From contig OX597821.1 in assembly GCA_951406725.2 (NCBI GenBank), positions 99,200,001 through 99,264,000 of the forward strand: a DNA stretch of 64,000 bases, written 5' to 3'. The stretch comes from Octopus vulgaris. Lineage: Eukaryota. Under the pieces are notes generated by a model. The model did no database searches, was not told where the DNA came from, and saw only the letters and a program-made list of their open reading frames with translations. Each line of letters opens with the position of its first letter. The first letter of the stretch is position 1. A program made the translations under genes and the position numbers. Below, piece after piece: positions 23,185 through 35,721 of the stretch.

Positions 23185-24810
23185 ATATATATATATTAGG
23201 AGGTTTAGACATGATGTACAGGTATTTTATATTAGAAGAAATGAGGTACTCAGAAATTCGGATGGTTTTATATTTACAGGTATTTATTTGTATATTACAT
23301 GTTATACATCATATAACTTATATCATATATTAGCGCTTTCGTCCATTCTGCTGGAGTTTTCAAATTGAACTAAGTTCTTGTGGAAAAATGTTGACCATTT
23401 TATAGTGTTATTGAGTGTGTAGTGGTGGGGAGGGATATAAGATAGTACAAGAGGGTGATGAATGGGGAAAAAGTGAGAGAGCATGTGTGTGTGGTGGGGT
23501 GCCTGTGAATCTGGAAGGGGTGTCGTTGGAGAAGGGAAGAACGAAGAAATAATTGTGTTGATATACCACTATTCAGTTCTTTCAATCCAATGTTTGATTC
23601 CTGTGCTTACATGGGATGGAAAATCTGGATTACAAAAACAGGTTTGTTTTATTCACATTTTAAAAGTCAATTTGCTTTAGTGATCAACAATAATGTAGAG
23701 TAATATACACAGTGTACTCAATGCTACACTATGTTTGTTAAATTATAAATTTAAAGATTTGTCCTTCAATGTATGATGAGCAAAATTTCATAAGGTCCAT
23801 ACTTGAAAAAGTTACAGATGTTATCATACAGAAGTAACTGGTTCTATAAATTAAAGTAAAATGGTTTCATTCAAATATTAGAATATCATTTGTTCAATGT
23901 TGCATTTTCAAAAACCAAAACATATGTGTAGAACTGTGTGTGTAATACAATTTACTTTACAAATTTGGTCCTTCATCTAGTACAGCTTATTATAGAGATA
24001 TTTTCAGCCATTCAATTTGGGGGAGACCTTAGTTATGAAGTATTCTTCCATATTCCTCCTGAAGGAGGTGTCATTCTTTGGACATTTGTAGAAATGAAAG
24101 ATCTTAAATTTTTCTTCTCCACATGTATCTAGGTGTTTACTCAGTGGTATCTTGCGCAGTTGCTCCTGTCGGACATGTTGCCGGTGAATTCTGGCTCGTT
24201 GGCATAAAGAATTTCCAGTTTCACCTATGTAATCCTTCTTGCATGTGGGGCAGGTTATGCAGTATATTACGTTCTGCATCTTGCAGTTCATATCTGCATT
24301 TATTTTGAATATATGACCACTTTTGAATTTCATTTATTTGTCTCCCTCTATGTATTTGTAGGTGGGGGTTACTGCAGATCCCACATCTACCATCTCCGCA
24401 CTCTTTTACAAAGAGTTCAGTTTTAGTTTCTGATGAGAATTTCGCTCTTGTTAGTTGTTTCTTCAGGTTTTTGTCTTGTTGTCTACTGTTTTTTAAGCAA
24501 TATTTGTTTAATATGTTTTCCATTTTGGGGCTTTGTAAGACTATTGGTAGGTTTGAATGTATGATTTGAAACATGTTGGTAACTCCAGGGTTGTGTGTGT
24601 TTATGAAAGGGATAATGTTTTCTTTGTTTTTTGTTTTGAGTGTCCTGAGTTGTGTGATGTCTAGTTTCATTGCTCTTGAGATTCCATTTTTTATTAGTTT
24701 AAGGGGGTATTTTTGTTCCAGTAGGAAGTTTTTAAGTTCATCTAGGTGTGTTTATGAGTCAGTTACTATGCTGCATATGCGTCTTGCCATACTATATGGG
24801 ATGTTTATAT
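23185..24810 (-). mobile_element. Penelope-like element 3' portion (RT thumb/linker, GIY-YIG endonuclease, 3' terminal region)
   Basis: ORF 24004-24333 NVIYCITCPTCKKDYIGETGNSLCQRARIH; ORF 24221-24670 IIPFINTHNP...KNLKKQLTRAKF...CGDGRCGIC. A frameshift separates them. Confidence 0.9.
23331..23366 (-). ncRNA. Degenerate minimal hammerhead ribozyme motif in the Penelope terminal region
   Basis: Minus strand TTGAAAA-CTCCA-GCAGAA-TGGAC-GAAA-GCGC-TA. Confidence 0.45.
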
Positions 24811-24816
24811 ATGTAT

Positions 24817-24965
24817 ATCATCATCATCATTTAACGTCCATTTTCCGCGCTAGCATGGGTTGGACGGTTCGACCGGGTTCTGGGAAGCCAGGGGCTGCAC
24901 CAGGCTCCAGTCTGATCTGGCAGTGTTTCTACAGCTGGATGCCCTTCTTAACGCCAACCACTCCA

Positions 24966-24966
<1 letters not shown>
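24817..24966 (-). mobile_element. Family R 3' fragment
   Basis: (CAT)n followed by the reverse-complement core. Confidence 0.75.
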
Positions 24967-25007
<41 letters not shown>

Positions 25008-25823
25008 TACAACAGGCTTCTTCCAGTTTCCATCTACTCAATCCACTCACAAGGCTTTGAGCTGGCATCTTTTAAAAAAAATTTCACATATAATTAATAA
25101 GATTTAATGAAAGAAATTTTTTTTTAATTGTTCACAGATGTCTCAAAAGTAGAGATGCCTTATCATTTCTGAAATAATTATTTCTAGAAACAAACAATAT
25201 CATTTGATGCATTTAAACATTTAATCTTGAGCTTAGTAGACCTGCCTTGTGCATAATACATTAAGAAGTTTGAAGCAGCTGGCAAAGATGAAATAGCATT
25301 ATGATGGGTCTATTGACTTTTGAAATAGACTTGTGTGTGTGTGTGTGTAAATATATATACACATTAAATGATTAAGTACATGAATATGTATGCAATTAAG
25401 CAAATGGAATACTCAATAAAATGAAGTGGGATAAGATCTATTAAGAGCTAATGTCTCAGAGCTAATGTCTCAGAGTAACAACTGAGAGATTCCAGTTTCA
25501 AGTTTCCCAGGTGACAGCTGATAACATTTGTACAAATTTGCATGGAAGGTGAGTCTGTAATGGCTCAACTAAGTTGGGACAGAAAGATACCAAAACCACA
25601 ATATACAAAATGAGTTCTGTTCTTTAATAGTTGACTTTGAGTGAGTTACTTAGTGAAGGAAGCACAAATATATTTTGTAACTGTAGATGATGATGAATAT
25701 ACAGGTACAGAAACAAAACTTATTCTGTGTTTGTTGGGTCAAAAAATATTTGATTGCTATATTTATTGAAATTACAGGTAGATTAATCACAAAAGGACAA
25801 TAAAACATCAGAGGTACAGTTTC

Positions 25824-27752
25824 TCATTTGTGTATGCGTTTATGAGTTGATAAAGTACTTTGTTGAGAGAATGCTTTATTACAAATACCACAGTGATAAG
25901 GCTTATCCCCTGTGTGAATACGTTTATGCCTCAATAGATGACTCTTCTGAGCAAATGCATTACCACAGATATCACAGGGGTATGGTTTCTCTCCTGTGTG
26001 AATACGTTTGTGTATGGCTAAATCATAATTAGAACTGAAAGTTTTTTCACATGAATCACAATCATACGGTTTCTTTCCTGTGTGAAGATGCTTATGCCTC
26101 GATAAATTACAAGATCGTGAGAATGATTTACCACAGATATCACAACCATATGGTTTTTCTCCTGTATGAGCAATACGGTGTGCAGACAATGAAACACTGG
26201 CAGTGAATGTTTTACCACAAATATTACAACAATATGGCCTATCACCAGTATGAACACGTTTATGAGAATGCAGGGAACTATGATCAGTGAAGGTTTTACC
26301 ACAAATATCACAATGGTAAGGTTTTTCACCTGTGTGAATACGTTTGTGTCTGGATAGGGTTCCACTTACAGTGAAACTTTTACCACAAATATCACAGTGG
26401 AATGGTTTTTCTCCTGAGTGAATACGTTTATGGGTCAATAAATTAGAACTACCAGAGAACATTCTACCACAGATATCACAATGGTACGGTTTCTCTCCTG
26501 TATGAACACGTTTGTGTTTAGTTAAATGACCATTTGTAGTGAAAGATTTACCACAAATATTGCAATGGTATGGTTTCTCACCTGTGTGAATACGATTATG
26601 GATCAATAACTCCCTATTTCGAGAGAATGCTTTACCACAAATATCACAGCGGCAGGTTTTTACCTCTGCATGAGTACGTTTGTGATTTGATAAATACTGA
26701 CTTGTAGAGAATTTTTTACCACATGTATCACAGTGATATGGTTTTTCACCCGTATGAAGAAGTTGATGAATCTTTAAATTGCCTCTTTGAGAGAATGCTT
26801 TACCACAAATATCACAGGGATATCGTTTTATCCCAGTGTGACTATTTTTGTGATTAGTTAAATGTATATTTATAGAGAACTTTTTACCACAAATATCACA
26901 GTGATATGGTTTTTCTCCTGTATGAATACGTTTATGGGCCTTTAAATTTGAAGTTTGTGAGAATGACTTACCACAAATATCACACTGATATGGTTTCTCA
27001 CCTGTGTGAATACGTTTGTGTTTATTCAAAAGGCTATTCAGATGAAATGCTTTGTCACAAACATCACATTTGTACGGTTTCTTGTCTGAGTGAGTAAGCT
27101 TGTGTGTTGATACCAGAGTACTGCCAGAGAATGTTTTACCACAGATATCACACCGATATGGTTTTTCTCCAGTGTGATTACGTCTGTGTATAGTTAAAGA
27201 ACATTTAACAGAGAAAGTTTTACCACAGATATCACAATGATATGGTTTCTCTCCTGTGTGAACACGTTTATGTATCACTAAATTGTTATCTTGGGAGAAA
27301 GTCTTACCACAAATGTCACACTGGCACAGTTTCCGTTTGTTGCCTGTATGAATAATTCTATGCGTTGTTACAGCACCACTAGTAGAGAATTTCTTACCAC
27401 AAATATCACAATCATATGGTTTTTCTCCTGTGTGAGTACGTTTGTGTATAATTAAAGAAAATTTAAAAATGCAACTGTGGCCACAAATATCACAACAGTA
27501 TGGTCTCTCTCCAGTGTGACTACGTTTATGTTTAGACAAACTACTATTTAAAGCATATGCTTTACCACAAATATCACAATGGTATGGTTTCTGGCTTTTG
27601 TGAACAGACTGATGTCGAACAAAATACCTCTTAACTTTAAAAGACTTCCCACAGATGTTACACATGTATGATGTCTTATCTGTTTGATGAGAAACATCAT
27701 TATCACTTTGTCTTTTCTTATGGAACTGATCCTCACTCAGTTTCTCCTCCAT
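25824..27752 (-). CDS. ZNF3: poly-C2H2 zinc-finger protein, 22 fingers
   Basis: 22 C2H2 repeats. The ORF-track start at 27761 is TTG; ATG at 27752 (MEEKLS) aligns with the ZNF4-6 starts. Confidence 0.95.
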   Translation of the reverse strand: MEEKLSEDQFHKKRQSDNDVSHQTDKTSYMCNICGKSFKVKRYFVRHQSVHKSQKPYHCDICGKAYALNSSLSKHKRSHTGERPYCCDICGHSCIFKFSLIIHKRTHTGEKPYDCDICGKKFSTSGAVTTHRIIHTGNKRKLCQCDICGKTFSQDNNLVIHKRVHTGEKPYHCDICGKTFSVKCSLTIHRRNHTGEKPYRCDICGKTFSGSTLVSTHKLTHSDKKPYKCDVCDKAFHLNSLLNKHKRIHTGEKPYQCDICGKSFSQTSNLKAHKRIHTGEKPYHCDICGKKFSINIHLTNHKNSHTGIKRYPCDICGKAFSQRGNLKIHQLLHTGEKPYHCDTCGKKFSTSQYLSNHKRTHAEVKTCRCDICGKAFSRNRELLIHNRIHTGEKPYHCNICGKSFTTNGHLTKHKRVHTGEKPYHCDICGRMFSGSSNLLTHKRIHSGEKPFHCDICGKSFTVSGTLSRHKRIHTGEKPYHCDICGKTFTDHSSLHSHKRVHTGDRPYCCNICGKTFTASVSLSAHRIAHTGEKPYGCDICGKSFSRSCNLSRHKHLHTGKKPYDCDSCEKTFSSNYDLAIHKRIHTGEKPYPCDICGNAFAQKSHLLRHKRIHTGDKPYHCGICNKAFSQQSTLSTHKRIHK

Positions 27753-27944
27753 AATTTTCAAATCTCCTTCAGAAAAGTAGAAAACCTTATCCTGTAACTT
27801 TCAACAGAGAAATAATTCTCTTTTTCTTCTTTATTTTCAAAATTAGGGTACAGTTTCTTCAATGTGATTTTTGTGAAACATGATTCCCTGTATCTTTGGT
27901 AATGCCATTCTTTAGTCTTCAAAGTCTCGATGCCATCATAAATC

Positions 27945-27968
27945 CTGAAATATATAAAGAGAATATGA
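27945..27968 (-). other. Splice acceptor of the ZNF3 coding exon
   Basis: Minus strand TTCTCTTTATATATTTCAG|GATTTATG, homologous to ZNF4-6. Confidence 0.75.
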
Positions 27969-29161
27969 TAGAAGCAACAATATAATGCTGACACTTAAGG
28001 AAGAGATTTTTAACCATCGATATTGAAAACAAATGTTAAGAGAGACAGGATATATATACACCCAGAACAAAGAAACAATGGTATGAGGATGACTGAAATG
28101 AGTGATGTCAACCAAATGAGTAATCAACATCACTCACTGATGTAATCAGTCATTACTACATCTGTAAAACTCAAGAATCTGTGACTGAGGCCAATGATTT
28201 ATTCAAAGAGAAAGGAAATCACTTTATTTAGTGATGCTACACACTATCATAATTTGTTGAGTGTTACCACAGATATGGAGGAGATAATGGACCAAATACT
28301 CTTGCTACACCAGCAGGTATCATAGTATCCCTTATCATTAAATCAAGAACAACAGACCCTGCATCAATTACTTTTACCAAATTTTTTCAGCTACTGCCAC
28401 AGATTTGGAAATTATCAAATCGATTTAAATTTTTCGAATTTGAAATATGGATGCAATTTTTCACACTGAATCCGAATTTGGGACTCGTTTGTTCACAAAA
28501 AAAAAAACTTACACAAATGTTACAGAGTTTCAAAGTTTGATCATTTTTATTCCAGTCAGAAAACAGGAATAGGAAGCTTGCATTTTCTGTGTGATAGCTG
28601 TCTATTAGAAATCGACAGAAATGGCCCAGGCACAAAATGATATCGCTCATCAAAACTTGTGGTGATGAACGTGTCACAGTCGTGCTAAGTACAACGCGTC
28701 TTTGTTACAATGAAAACAGGGGCAGACTACAGTTTTGCTTGTTACTATGGAAATGGACACCACTGTGAAATTCACGGTCATGTGGATAATGGAAACCTTT
28801 AGAAAAGATTCTTTTTGTCAAAGAATTTTTCAAAGACTATGACCTTCGTTTTCTTTTAAAAGCTTATCTCATTAACAATAACATGTTCTATGGTTTTAAC
28901 CATGCAACTCCACTTCAAAAACCTGCATTCCTCCAGCTCTCACACTTTGCATCTACATCCTCTAGCATAAAGCCCTCACTTCCCTTAGTAGTCTTGTGAA
29001 CTGCATAGCAAACCTATGTGGTGTTAAGAAAGAGCATCCAATTGTAGAAACCATACCAAAGCAGATAGTGGAGCACGATGCTATCATTGGACGCTAGATA
29101 CTGCAATGCATGTAATTTCATCTATGCATATTAGCCATAGCGTGACCACTGAGGATTTTTT

Positions 29162-29477
29162 GTACTAGTATCGTAGAGTGGTCCCGGTTTGCGCACACGC
29201 GCTAGCCAGACGTAGGCAGTCGATCCTACGAGCTGACTGGCGCATGCACGATATATGCGATATATACGTGTATACGATATATACTTGTATCGCACGTCCC
29301 CGATTCGCGCGATACAAGTATATATCGTATATATACAAGTATATATCGTATACACGTATATATCGATACAAGTATATATCGTGCATGCGCCAGTCAGCTC
29401 GTAGGATCGACTGCCTACGTCTGGCTAGCGCGGACGCGCGTCTGCGCAAACCGGGACCACTCTACGATACTAGTACC
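29162..29477. mobile_element. Foldback (Mutator-like) MITE, nearly all inverted repeat, 9-bp TSD
   Basis: GTACTAGTATCGTAGAGTGGTCCCGGTTTGCGCA... / ...TGCGCAAACCGGGACCACTCTACGATACTAGTAC; TSD GGATTTTTT at 29153-29161 and 29478-29486. Confidence 0.9.
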
Positions 29478-29605
29478 GGATTTTTTAATGAAGACTACAC
29501 AATATTCGTTCTGTACTAAGATATTGTATTACGTTCGTCATTAGGTATGCTGTGAAAAAGTACATAGCTTTATTTATATGGAGCAGGGTCTTTGTGGTTT
29601 AATCC

Positions 29606-29826
29606 ACAATCTGAGATATACAAGGGAAATCACTCTTGTCTTTCAATGATTAATTATATATGAAAAATGGTGAAAGGGGAGGGGCTGTTCTCTTGTTTAT
29701 AATACTAAAACCCTATATTCGCCGTCAGATAAAGTCTTTCCTGTTATATCTCCTTGATTAGAAGATATATTATTATTGGCTAATTAAAACATATTCAAAT
29801 GTACTCACTTTCGAATCAGTATTCTC
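29606..29826. promoter_or_regulatory. Paralog-conserved non-coding block B, ZNF3 copy
   Basis: GGGAAATCACTCTTGTC ... CTAATTAAAACAT ... TCGAATCAGTATTCTC, shared with the ZNF4 and ZNF5 copies. Confidence 0.55.
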
Positions 29827-29992
29827 TAGTTTAAAAAAAACGCACTCACTTAGAATTACTAATATTGTGGTCGTTTTTGCATTTGTAGAATAAAAGTAAA
29901 ATTGTTATTCTATAAACCATTTGAAATCAAAGGAGATCGGAAGAGAAAGACTCTGTTCCATCCTTGGATGGCAAGAATGACAGAAAAATATG

Positions 29993-30345
29993 ATGGATGT
30001 GTGGTAAGTAGCTTATTTACCAACCACATGCTTCCGGGTTCAGTCCCACTGCGTGACACCTTGGGCAAGTGTGTTCTATTATAGCTTCGGGCCGACCAAA
30101 GCCTTGTGAGTGGATTTGGTAGCTGGAAACTGAAAGAAACCCGTCGTATATATATATATATATATATGTTTGTGTGTCTGTGTTTGTACCTCCAACCTAA
30201 GCTTGTGTGTTTACATCAAAAGAGACTGATGGAATAAGAACTAAGCTAGTAAAGAATAAATCTTGGGGTCCATTAGTTTGACTACATGCGGTGCTCCAGC
30301 GTGGTCGCAGTCAAACGACTGAAACAAATAAGAGATTAAAAGAGT
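29993..30345 (+). mobile_element. SINE family B copy
   Basis: Matches 9099-9480. Confidence 0.8.
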
Positions 30346-30514
30346 CGATGCATTTCTCAGCAAGAGACAGAGAGACGGAATGAATAACGACGAATTGGGA
30401 GAAAAGGAACGAAATACGAAATTGAACGAACACTTGATGGACTGGGGCTCGGTTTCGCTGAGGAAAGCAAAATATTGCATATTGTATATATAGATAAATA
30501 AAACTTAGTCGTGT

Positions 30515-30609
30515 CCATACCTTGTACAGGAAAGGGTGTTCAGATGCAGAACTGTGTAAATAATAAGAAACAAACGTAGGAAGATGGCGTGCCGGAACCG
30601 GATGTTTAC
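30515..30609 (-). promoter_or_regulatory. Putative ZNF3 promoter and non-coding first exon
   Basis: CCGGAACCGGATG at 30592-30604, YY1-like AAGATGGCG at 30581-30589, donor AAG|GTATGG (GT at 30520-30519). Confidence 0.7.
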
Positions 30610-30791
30610 AATTATATATGAATGGGATGGTCATGAATGTGCGTGCGAGCGAGCGGTAGGAAAAAAAGATATCCTGTCCCTTATACGTATATAATTATGT
30701 ATACACACACACATACATGCGTATACATATATTAATAAATAGATGGATCCCTCTCTTTCTCTCTCTCTCTCTATATATATATCTGTATATA

Positions 30792-31110
30792 TTCTTTTGT
30801 TTGTTTCGGTCGTTTGACTGCGGCTATGCTGGAGCAACGCCTTTAGCCGAACAAATCGACCCCAGGACTTATTCTTTGTAAGCCTAGTACTTATTCTCTC
30901 GGTCATTTTTGCTGGACCGCTAAGTGTGGGTGTGTGTGTAAGTTACGGGAACGTTAACACACTAACACACTAACATCGGTTGTCAAGCGGGGACAAACAC
31001 ATACACACAATTATATACATATATAAAATATGAATTAGAGATAAAACTACTATTATGCAACTCAAACAGTGATAGACACAAACCAATACATAAATTTATA
31101 AAAATGTATA

Positions 31111-31152
<42 letters not shown>

Positions 31153-31280
31153 ACGGGCTTCTTTCAGTTTCCAAGTCCACTCACAAGACTTTGGTTGGCC
31201 CGAGGCTATAGCAGAAGACATTTACCCAAGGTGCCACACAGTGGAACTGAACCCAGAACAATGTTGTTGGGAAGCAAGCT
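30792..31280 (-). mobile_element. SINE family B copy with an expanded middle
   Basis: Both halves match the reverse complement of 9099-9480. Confidence 0.8.
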
Positions 31281-31769
31281 CCTTTATTCTATAAAATTGA
31301 CCATGAAAGCCGTACATAGAGGAGACAGCACAAGACAAATGGAAAAGATAAATTGAATATAAGCAACTTCATTGAACCTGTTAATACAACCTTTTTTTCG
31401 TCTTTTCTTGGAAACATTAATTTATACTAACATTTATAATACCTTTGTAACAGCTAGTTTCCACTTTTTGGGAAAATGTCTATATCAAATTCCTTCAAAA
31501 TATATGCATAACTCGCCTTTTTAGGTATTTTGCTGATGTCCATCTTTGTAACCCACCAAAGTTAATTTCTTATTCATAATTCCTTAATCTCAAGAGGTAT
31601 TCCGGGTCTGCCACTGTACAGCAAACATCCTTGGGCTACCCCCTCCACCCTTGTTATGTCCACTTCTATTGCACTGTCCCATGTCTTTATCTCATAACAA
31701 AGTTCTTCCTTTTTCCTGTTATATAATATTACAAATATATCCAAGGACCCAGGTAGGGAAATTTGGGAT

Positions 31770-33010
31770 TCCTGTGTGTTTGTGCTTATGTTTATGTCAG
31801 GTGGGGTATGGGAAGAATTGGTGTCTATAGGGAGTGATTGGCATCGAGTTGGTGTGGATGGGAGCTGGGTGGGTGTGGATTGGGGGGTTGTCCTTTACCA
31901 CTTGTTCTTTTTTCTCCTCTTCTTTTTTTCCCCGCCATTTCCCAGCTGGTATTCACCTCCTCTTCATCAATGCTGGTACCTGTTTTCATCTGTGGTGCCA
32001 TTTCAGTCTCCTCGTGCTTCTCAACCTCCATGGGCAGTGGAATATCAACTACTTTCTCACTCTCTTGCCTTTCCTTAGCCTTCACAGTAGGTGAGGGACA
32101 ATCTGCTCTAATGTAGCCTTTCAGGCCAAATTTATAGCACCACGGTATCCTCCCTTCCACTCTAACTTTCAGTGTCATGTCTGCGACCATAATGGTTTCC
32201 ACCATACCTTCAATATCTTCTAGGGCCACCTGTACTACCATGTCTAGGCTCTGCTCTTACCAGTTTCTGTAGGGTGTTCTGATGGCCTGCAGGACCACTA
32301 CCTTTTCTTCCATGCCTAGCAGTATGGCTGCTACCAGCCAGGCTACATCCACTTCTGAGGGCATGTCTTCTACCCTAACCTTTGACACACACCTCCCAAG
32401 TTATGCAGGTAGAAGCACCACTTCATCTGTTTTTAATGGTGTTGCTGAGTACAGCCTGGTGATAGATACCTCCCAGAACTGCACCTCCACTGTTCCAAAC
32501 TTTTTTCTTCTGGCAAGGTAAGAAATCCCTTGCCAGACTAGCCTCAACACTTTTTCAACTTGTGCCTCCAACACCACTTCTATTTTTCTTGTTGCCACTG
32601 CATATGTCCTGTAAACAATTGTTCTCTCTTCCTTATCCTTTAACACTTCTTTGCAGGGGAACACTTTCACGCCATTCCCCTCCCTTTTCAGTTTTCCTTG
32701 AACTTGCTCAGCTCTTCCAGACTTATGTCTTCAATTTTTCCCTTTGCCACTGCAGTGCAATTCCTTGTTTCTATTACTTCATCAATCTTCTTCAAACATC
32801 TCACTATTTCTTCCTCAGACGACACAAAGTCTGAAGAAGAAGAATTCAAATCCTCACAACTTATTACACTATGCCCCTCCATTAAACCAGAGGGGAAATG
32901 TTGCACCACTAAGACAACCAAAAAACGTGTTACTCACAAAGACAACAGTTGAACTAAATAAAAAGTTATACCAGAAGCAAGCTTCTTATCACAGAGCCAC
33001 GCCTCTGTAA
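31770..33010 (-). mobile_element. Degenerate LINE ORF1 (L1/Tx1-like, gag-type zinc knuckle)
   Basis: Collinear broken ORFs 32688-32921, 32401-32670 and 31825-32241, ending in VRVEGRIPWCYKFGLKGYIRADCP (decayed CX2CX4HX4C) and WEMAGKKRR. Confidence 0.65.
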
Positions 33011-33332
33011 CAAAAATGAGCTATAACTCCAAGTGATACGTGGCTTTCAATAATACAGACAAATTCTGGCTTGTTAAATATTTTATCACAAAAATTCTTG
33101 ATATATCAAAATTACCTAACTCTCATAATTGCCAAATGGAAATTATGACCAGTACCACTTGAGAAAGAGAAATAATCTCAAGATATGAGAATTGCTCCAA
33201 AACTGATTGATTGTCTGGAGACAAAAGGACAACCACAGACACTGGTTTCTGATTCAATAGCCTTCATATACACTGCTGATAGTTGTTGTTGACAAACAAC
33301 AGCAATAATTTTATTCAGCTGAATACACGTCA

Positions 33333-33518
33333 TTGATTGGTTGAAATTACCGAAATATGACAACTTTAACATGAAATAACTTTGTAAATAGAAACTTTTC
33401 TCAAAAACGCTAAGAGTAAAAGATGTTTTATATGACACATTCTACCAGTGTCCGAAGTTTGAAAGTGTTTAGTTAAAAAAATTAATTTCTCAATCTGCCG
33501 TTCAAAGGGGAAAGATCC
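33333..33518. mobile_element. Right-end fragment related to the 18591-18966 MITE
   Basis: TGATTGGTTGAAATT...GAAGTTTGAAAGTGTTTAGTTA...CTGCCGTTCAAAGGGGAAAGATCC. Confidence 0.7.
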
Positions 33519-33682
33519 ATCAGGCAATTGTCAAATTGATGACTACATATGGCAAAGACAAATATAAATAACATCACTTCAACTTTATATTCACTATCCC
33601 CATCTCTTAACATATTCCTCGAAAATTCAGGACAATTATTATATTGATGGACACATGGCTGACTCTTTTAAGAAGTTAAGCA

Positions 33683-34035
33683 GGCATGTGCAATTAAGAA
33701 GTTTACTTTGCAGCCATGTGGTTTCAGGTTCAGTCCCATTGCATTGCATAGGCAAGTTTTCTGCTCTAGCTCCAAGCTGACCAATGCCTTGTGAAGGAAC
33801 TTGGTAGATGGAACTGTAAGGAGACAGTCATATGTGTGTGTGTGCGCCTTTTTACTTCCCCATCACTTGGCAACTGGTGTCAGTTTGTTTATGTCCCCAT
33901 AACATTAGCAGTTCAGCAAAAAATATTGACAGAAGTACCCGACTTAAAATGTAAAAAATAAGTACTTGGCAGAGGTTTGATCAGTTTGACTATGCTGGAG
34001 CTCCAGCATGGCCTCAGTCCAATGACAAAAACAAA
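33683..34035 (+). mobile_element. Diverged SINE family B copy
   Basis: GGTTCAGTCCCA head and GCTCCAGCATGGCC tail. Confidence 0.7.
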
Positions 34036-34149
34036 GTTAACGGTATTTCTGAAGAATCATATCAGAAGTTTGAAATATAAATCCCAAAGAATACCAAAGC
34101 TAAAAAAAAAAAAAAAAGAAACATCTAAGCTCACCATCTGCATTTTTTT

Positions 34150-34430
34150 CATTTATTTGTTTAAGTCGTTTTATTGTGGCCATGCCGGAACATCGCCATT
34201 TAGTCAAAGAAATCAACCCCAGGACTTATTTTTTGTGAGCCTGGTACATAGTCTCTTGGTCTCTTTTGCCAAACTGCTAAGTTACGGCGACATAAACATA
34301 CCAGCATCAATTATCAAGCAAGGGTGGGGGGGACAAACACATAAATATATACATATATATATGACAGGTTTCTCACAGTTTCTGTCTACTAAATCCACTC
34401 ACAAGGCTTTGGTCAGCCTGAAGCTATAAC
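34150..34430 (-). mobile_element. SINE family B copy
   Basis: Reverse-complement match to 9185-9480. Confidence 0.7.
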
Positions 34431-35682
34431 AGATGTTTGATTATGGTTATTGGAACACCAGATAATTTCCACTTCTGTTCTATATGAACAGCACTATCAT
34501 ATTCTATAAAGAATTTCTAAAACCTAATTTTTCTTGTGTGTGACGTGCATAGATTTCTCTCATTATTTTTATGCACACTATTCTTTGCTCACATGGGTTG
34601 GATGGGATTTTGTTGTAGCAGATATGTCCTTCTCGGCACTGACCTTCACCTATTTCCAAGTAAGGTCATACTTCCCCCAAACCAGACACGTTTTTCTCAC
34701 GGAAGATTGAGAACAGAGGACACCACAAGCATAACAGTGATATTCATTTACAACTATCACATGATGTGAATGCAAAGAGACAGTGACACAGACATATCAA
34801 CATTCAACATCTATTTTCCATGCTGGCATTGATTTGACAGGAACTGACAATGCCAGGGTTGCACCAGGTTTCATAGCCTGTTTTGGCTTAGTTTTTTACA
34901 GCTGGATGCCCTTCCTAACACCCACAAATCCACAGAGTGTACCAGATGCTTTTCACATGGCACCATCACCAGCGCTTTTTATGTGGCACCAGCACCCACA
35001 TCAATGCATTTTACACGGTACCTTGGTTTTAGGATCTGAATCCTATTGTGGTTGGCGGGTCTTCTCAAGTACAGCAATGCACCACATATTGTAAGGTTCA
35101 ATCCATTCGCAAGGCTTTGGTCAGCCCAGGGACTACAGCAGAAGACACTTGCCCAAAGTTCCACAATGAAACTGAACCTTGAACCATGTGCTTGTGAAGC
35201 AAACTTCTTACCGCACATATTTTATAAAATACTGAACACGAAACTGTAAAACAGAGCATGATTAGGTACCTCATCATTTTCATTATACATCCATTTTCCA
35301 TGCTGGCATGAGTTGGAGAATTTGACAGGATCCAGTGATTCACACCTATTCATTATTTATAAGAAATAAAGTACAAAAGTCTTAAACCCTTAGTAAGTTC
35401 ATAACATTCTGCATCCCAGAAACAAGTAGTTTTTAATCTCCAAATCTAAAGATAAGCAAAATGTTTCTAAACTATAATACTTACCTGCTTGTGACTGAAA
35501 AGTGCTGTTATAATGTAGATACATCACACACCCACAGAATTTCATATAAAGACAAGTAGTGTTAGACTGAGTTATGCTTAGTAGGCACAGTTAAGACTCC
35601 TTGTTGACTTCATGACTTTTAGTTTTTCTTTCTTAGAATCTAAGTCTTACACTGATAACTGGCACACACGCACATGTATATT

Positions 35683-35719
<37 letters not shown>

Positions 35720-35721
35720 CC

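Noticed and set aside
27758-27994. Upstream coding exon or effector domain for ZNF3
   Set aside because: The ORF starts inside the intron, crosses the acceptor and stops at the CDS start; I saw no matching ORF upstream of ZNF4-6.
29131-29519. ORFs on both strands of the palindrome
   Set aside because: They are mirror translations of the inverted repeat.
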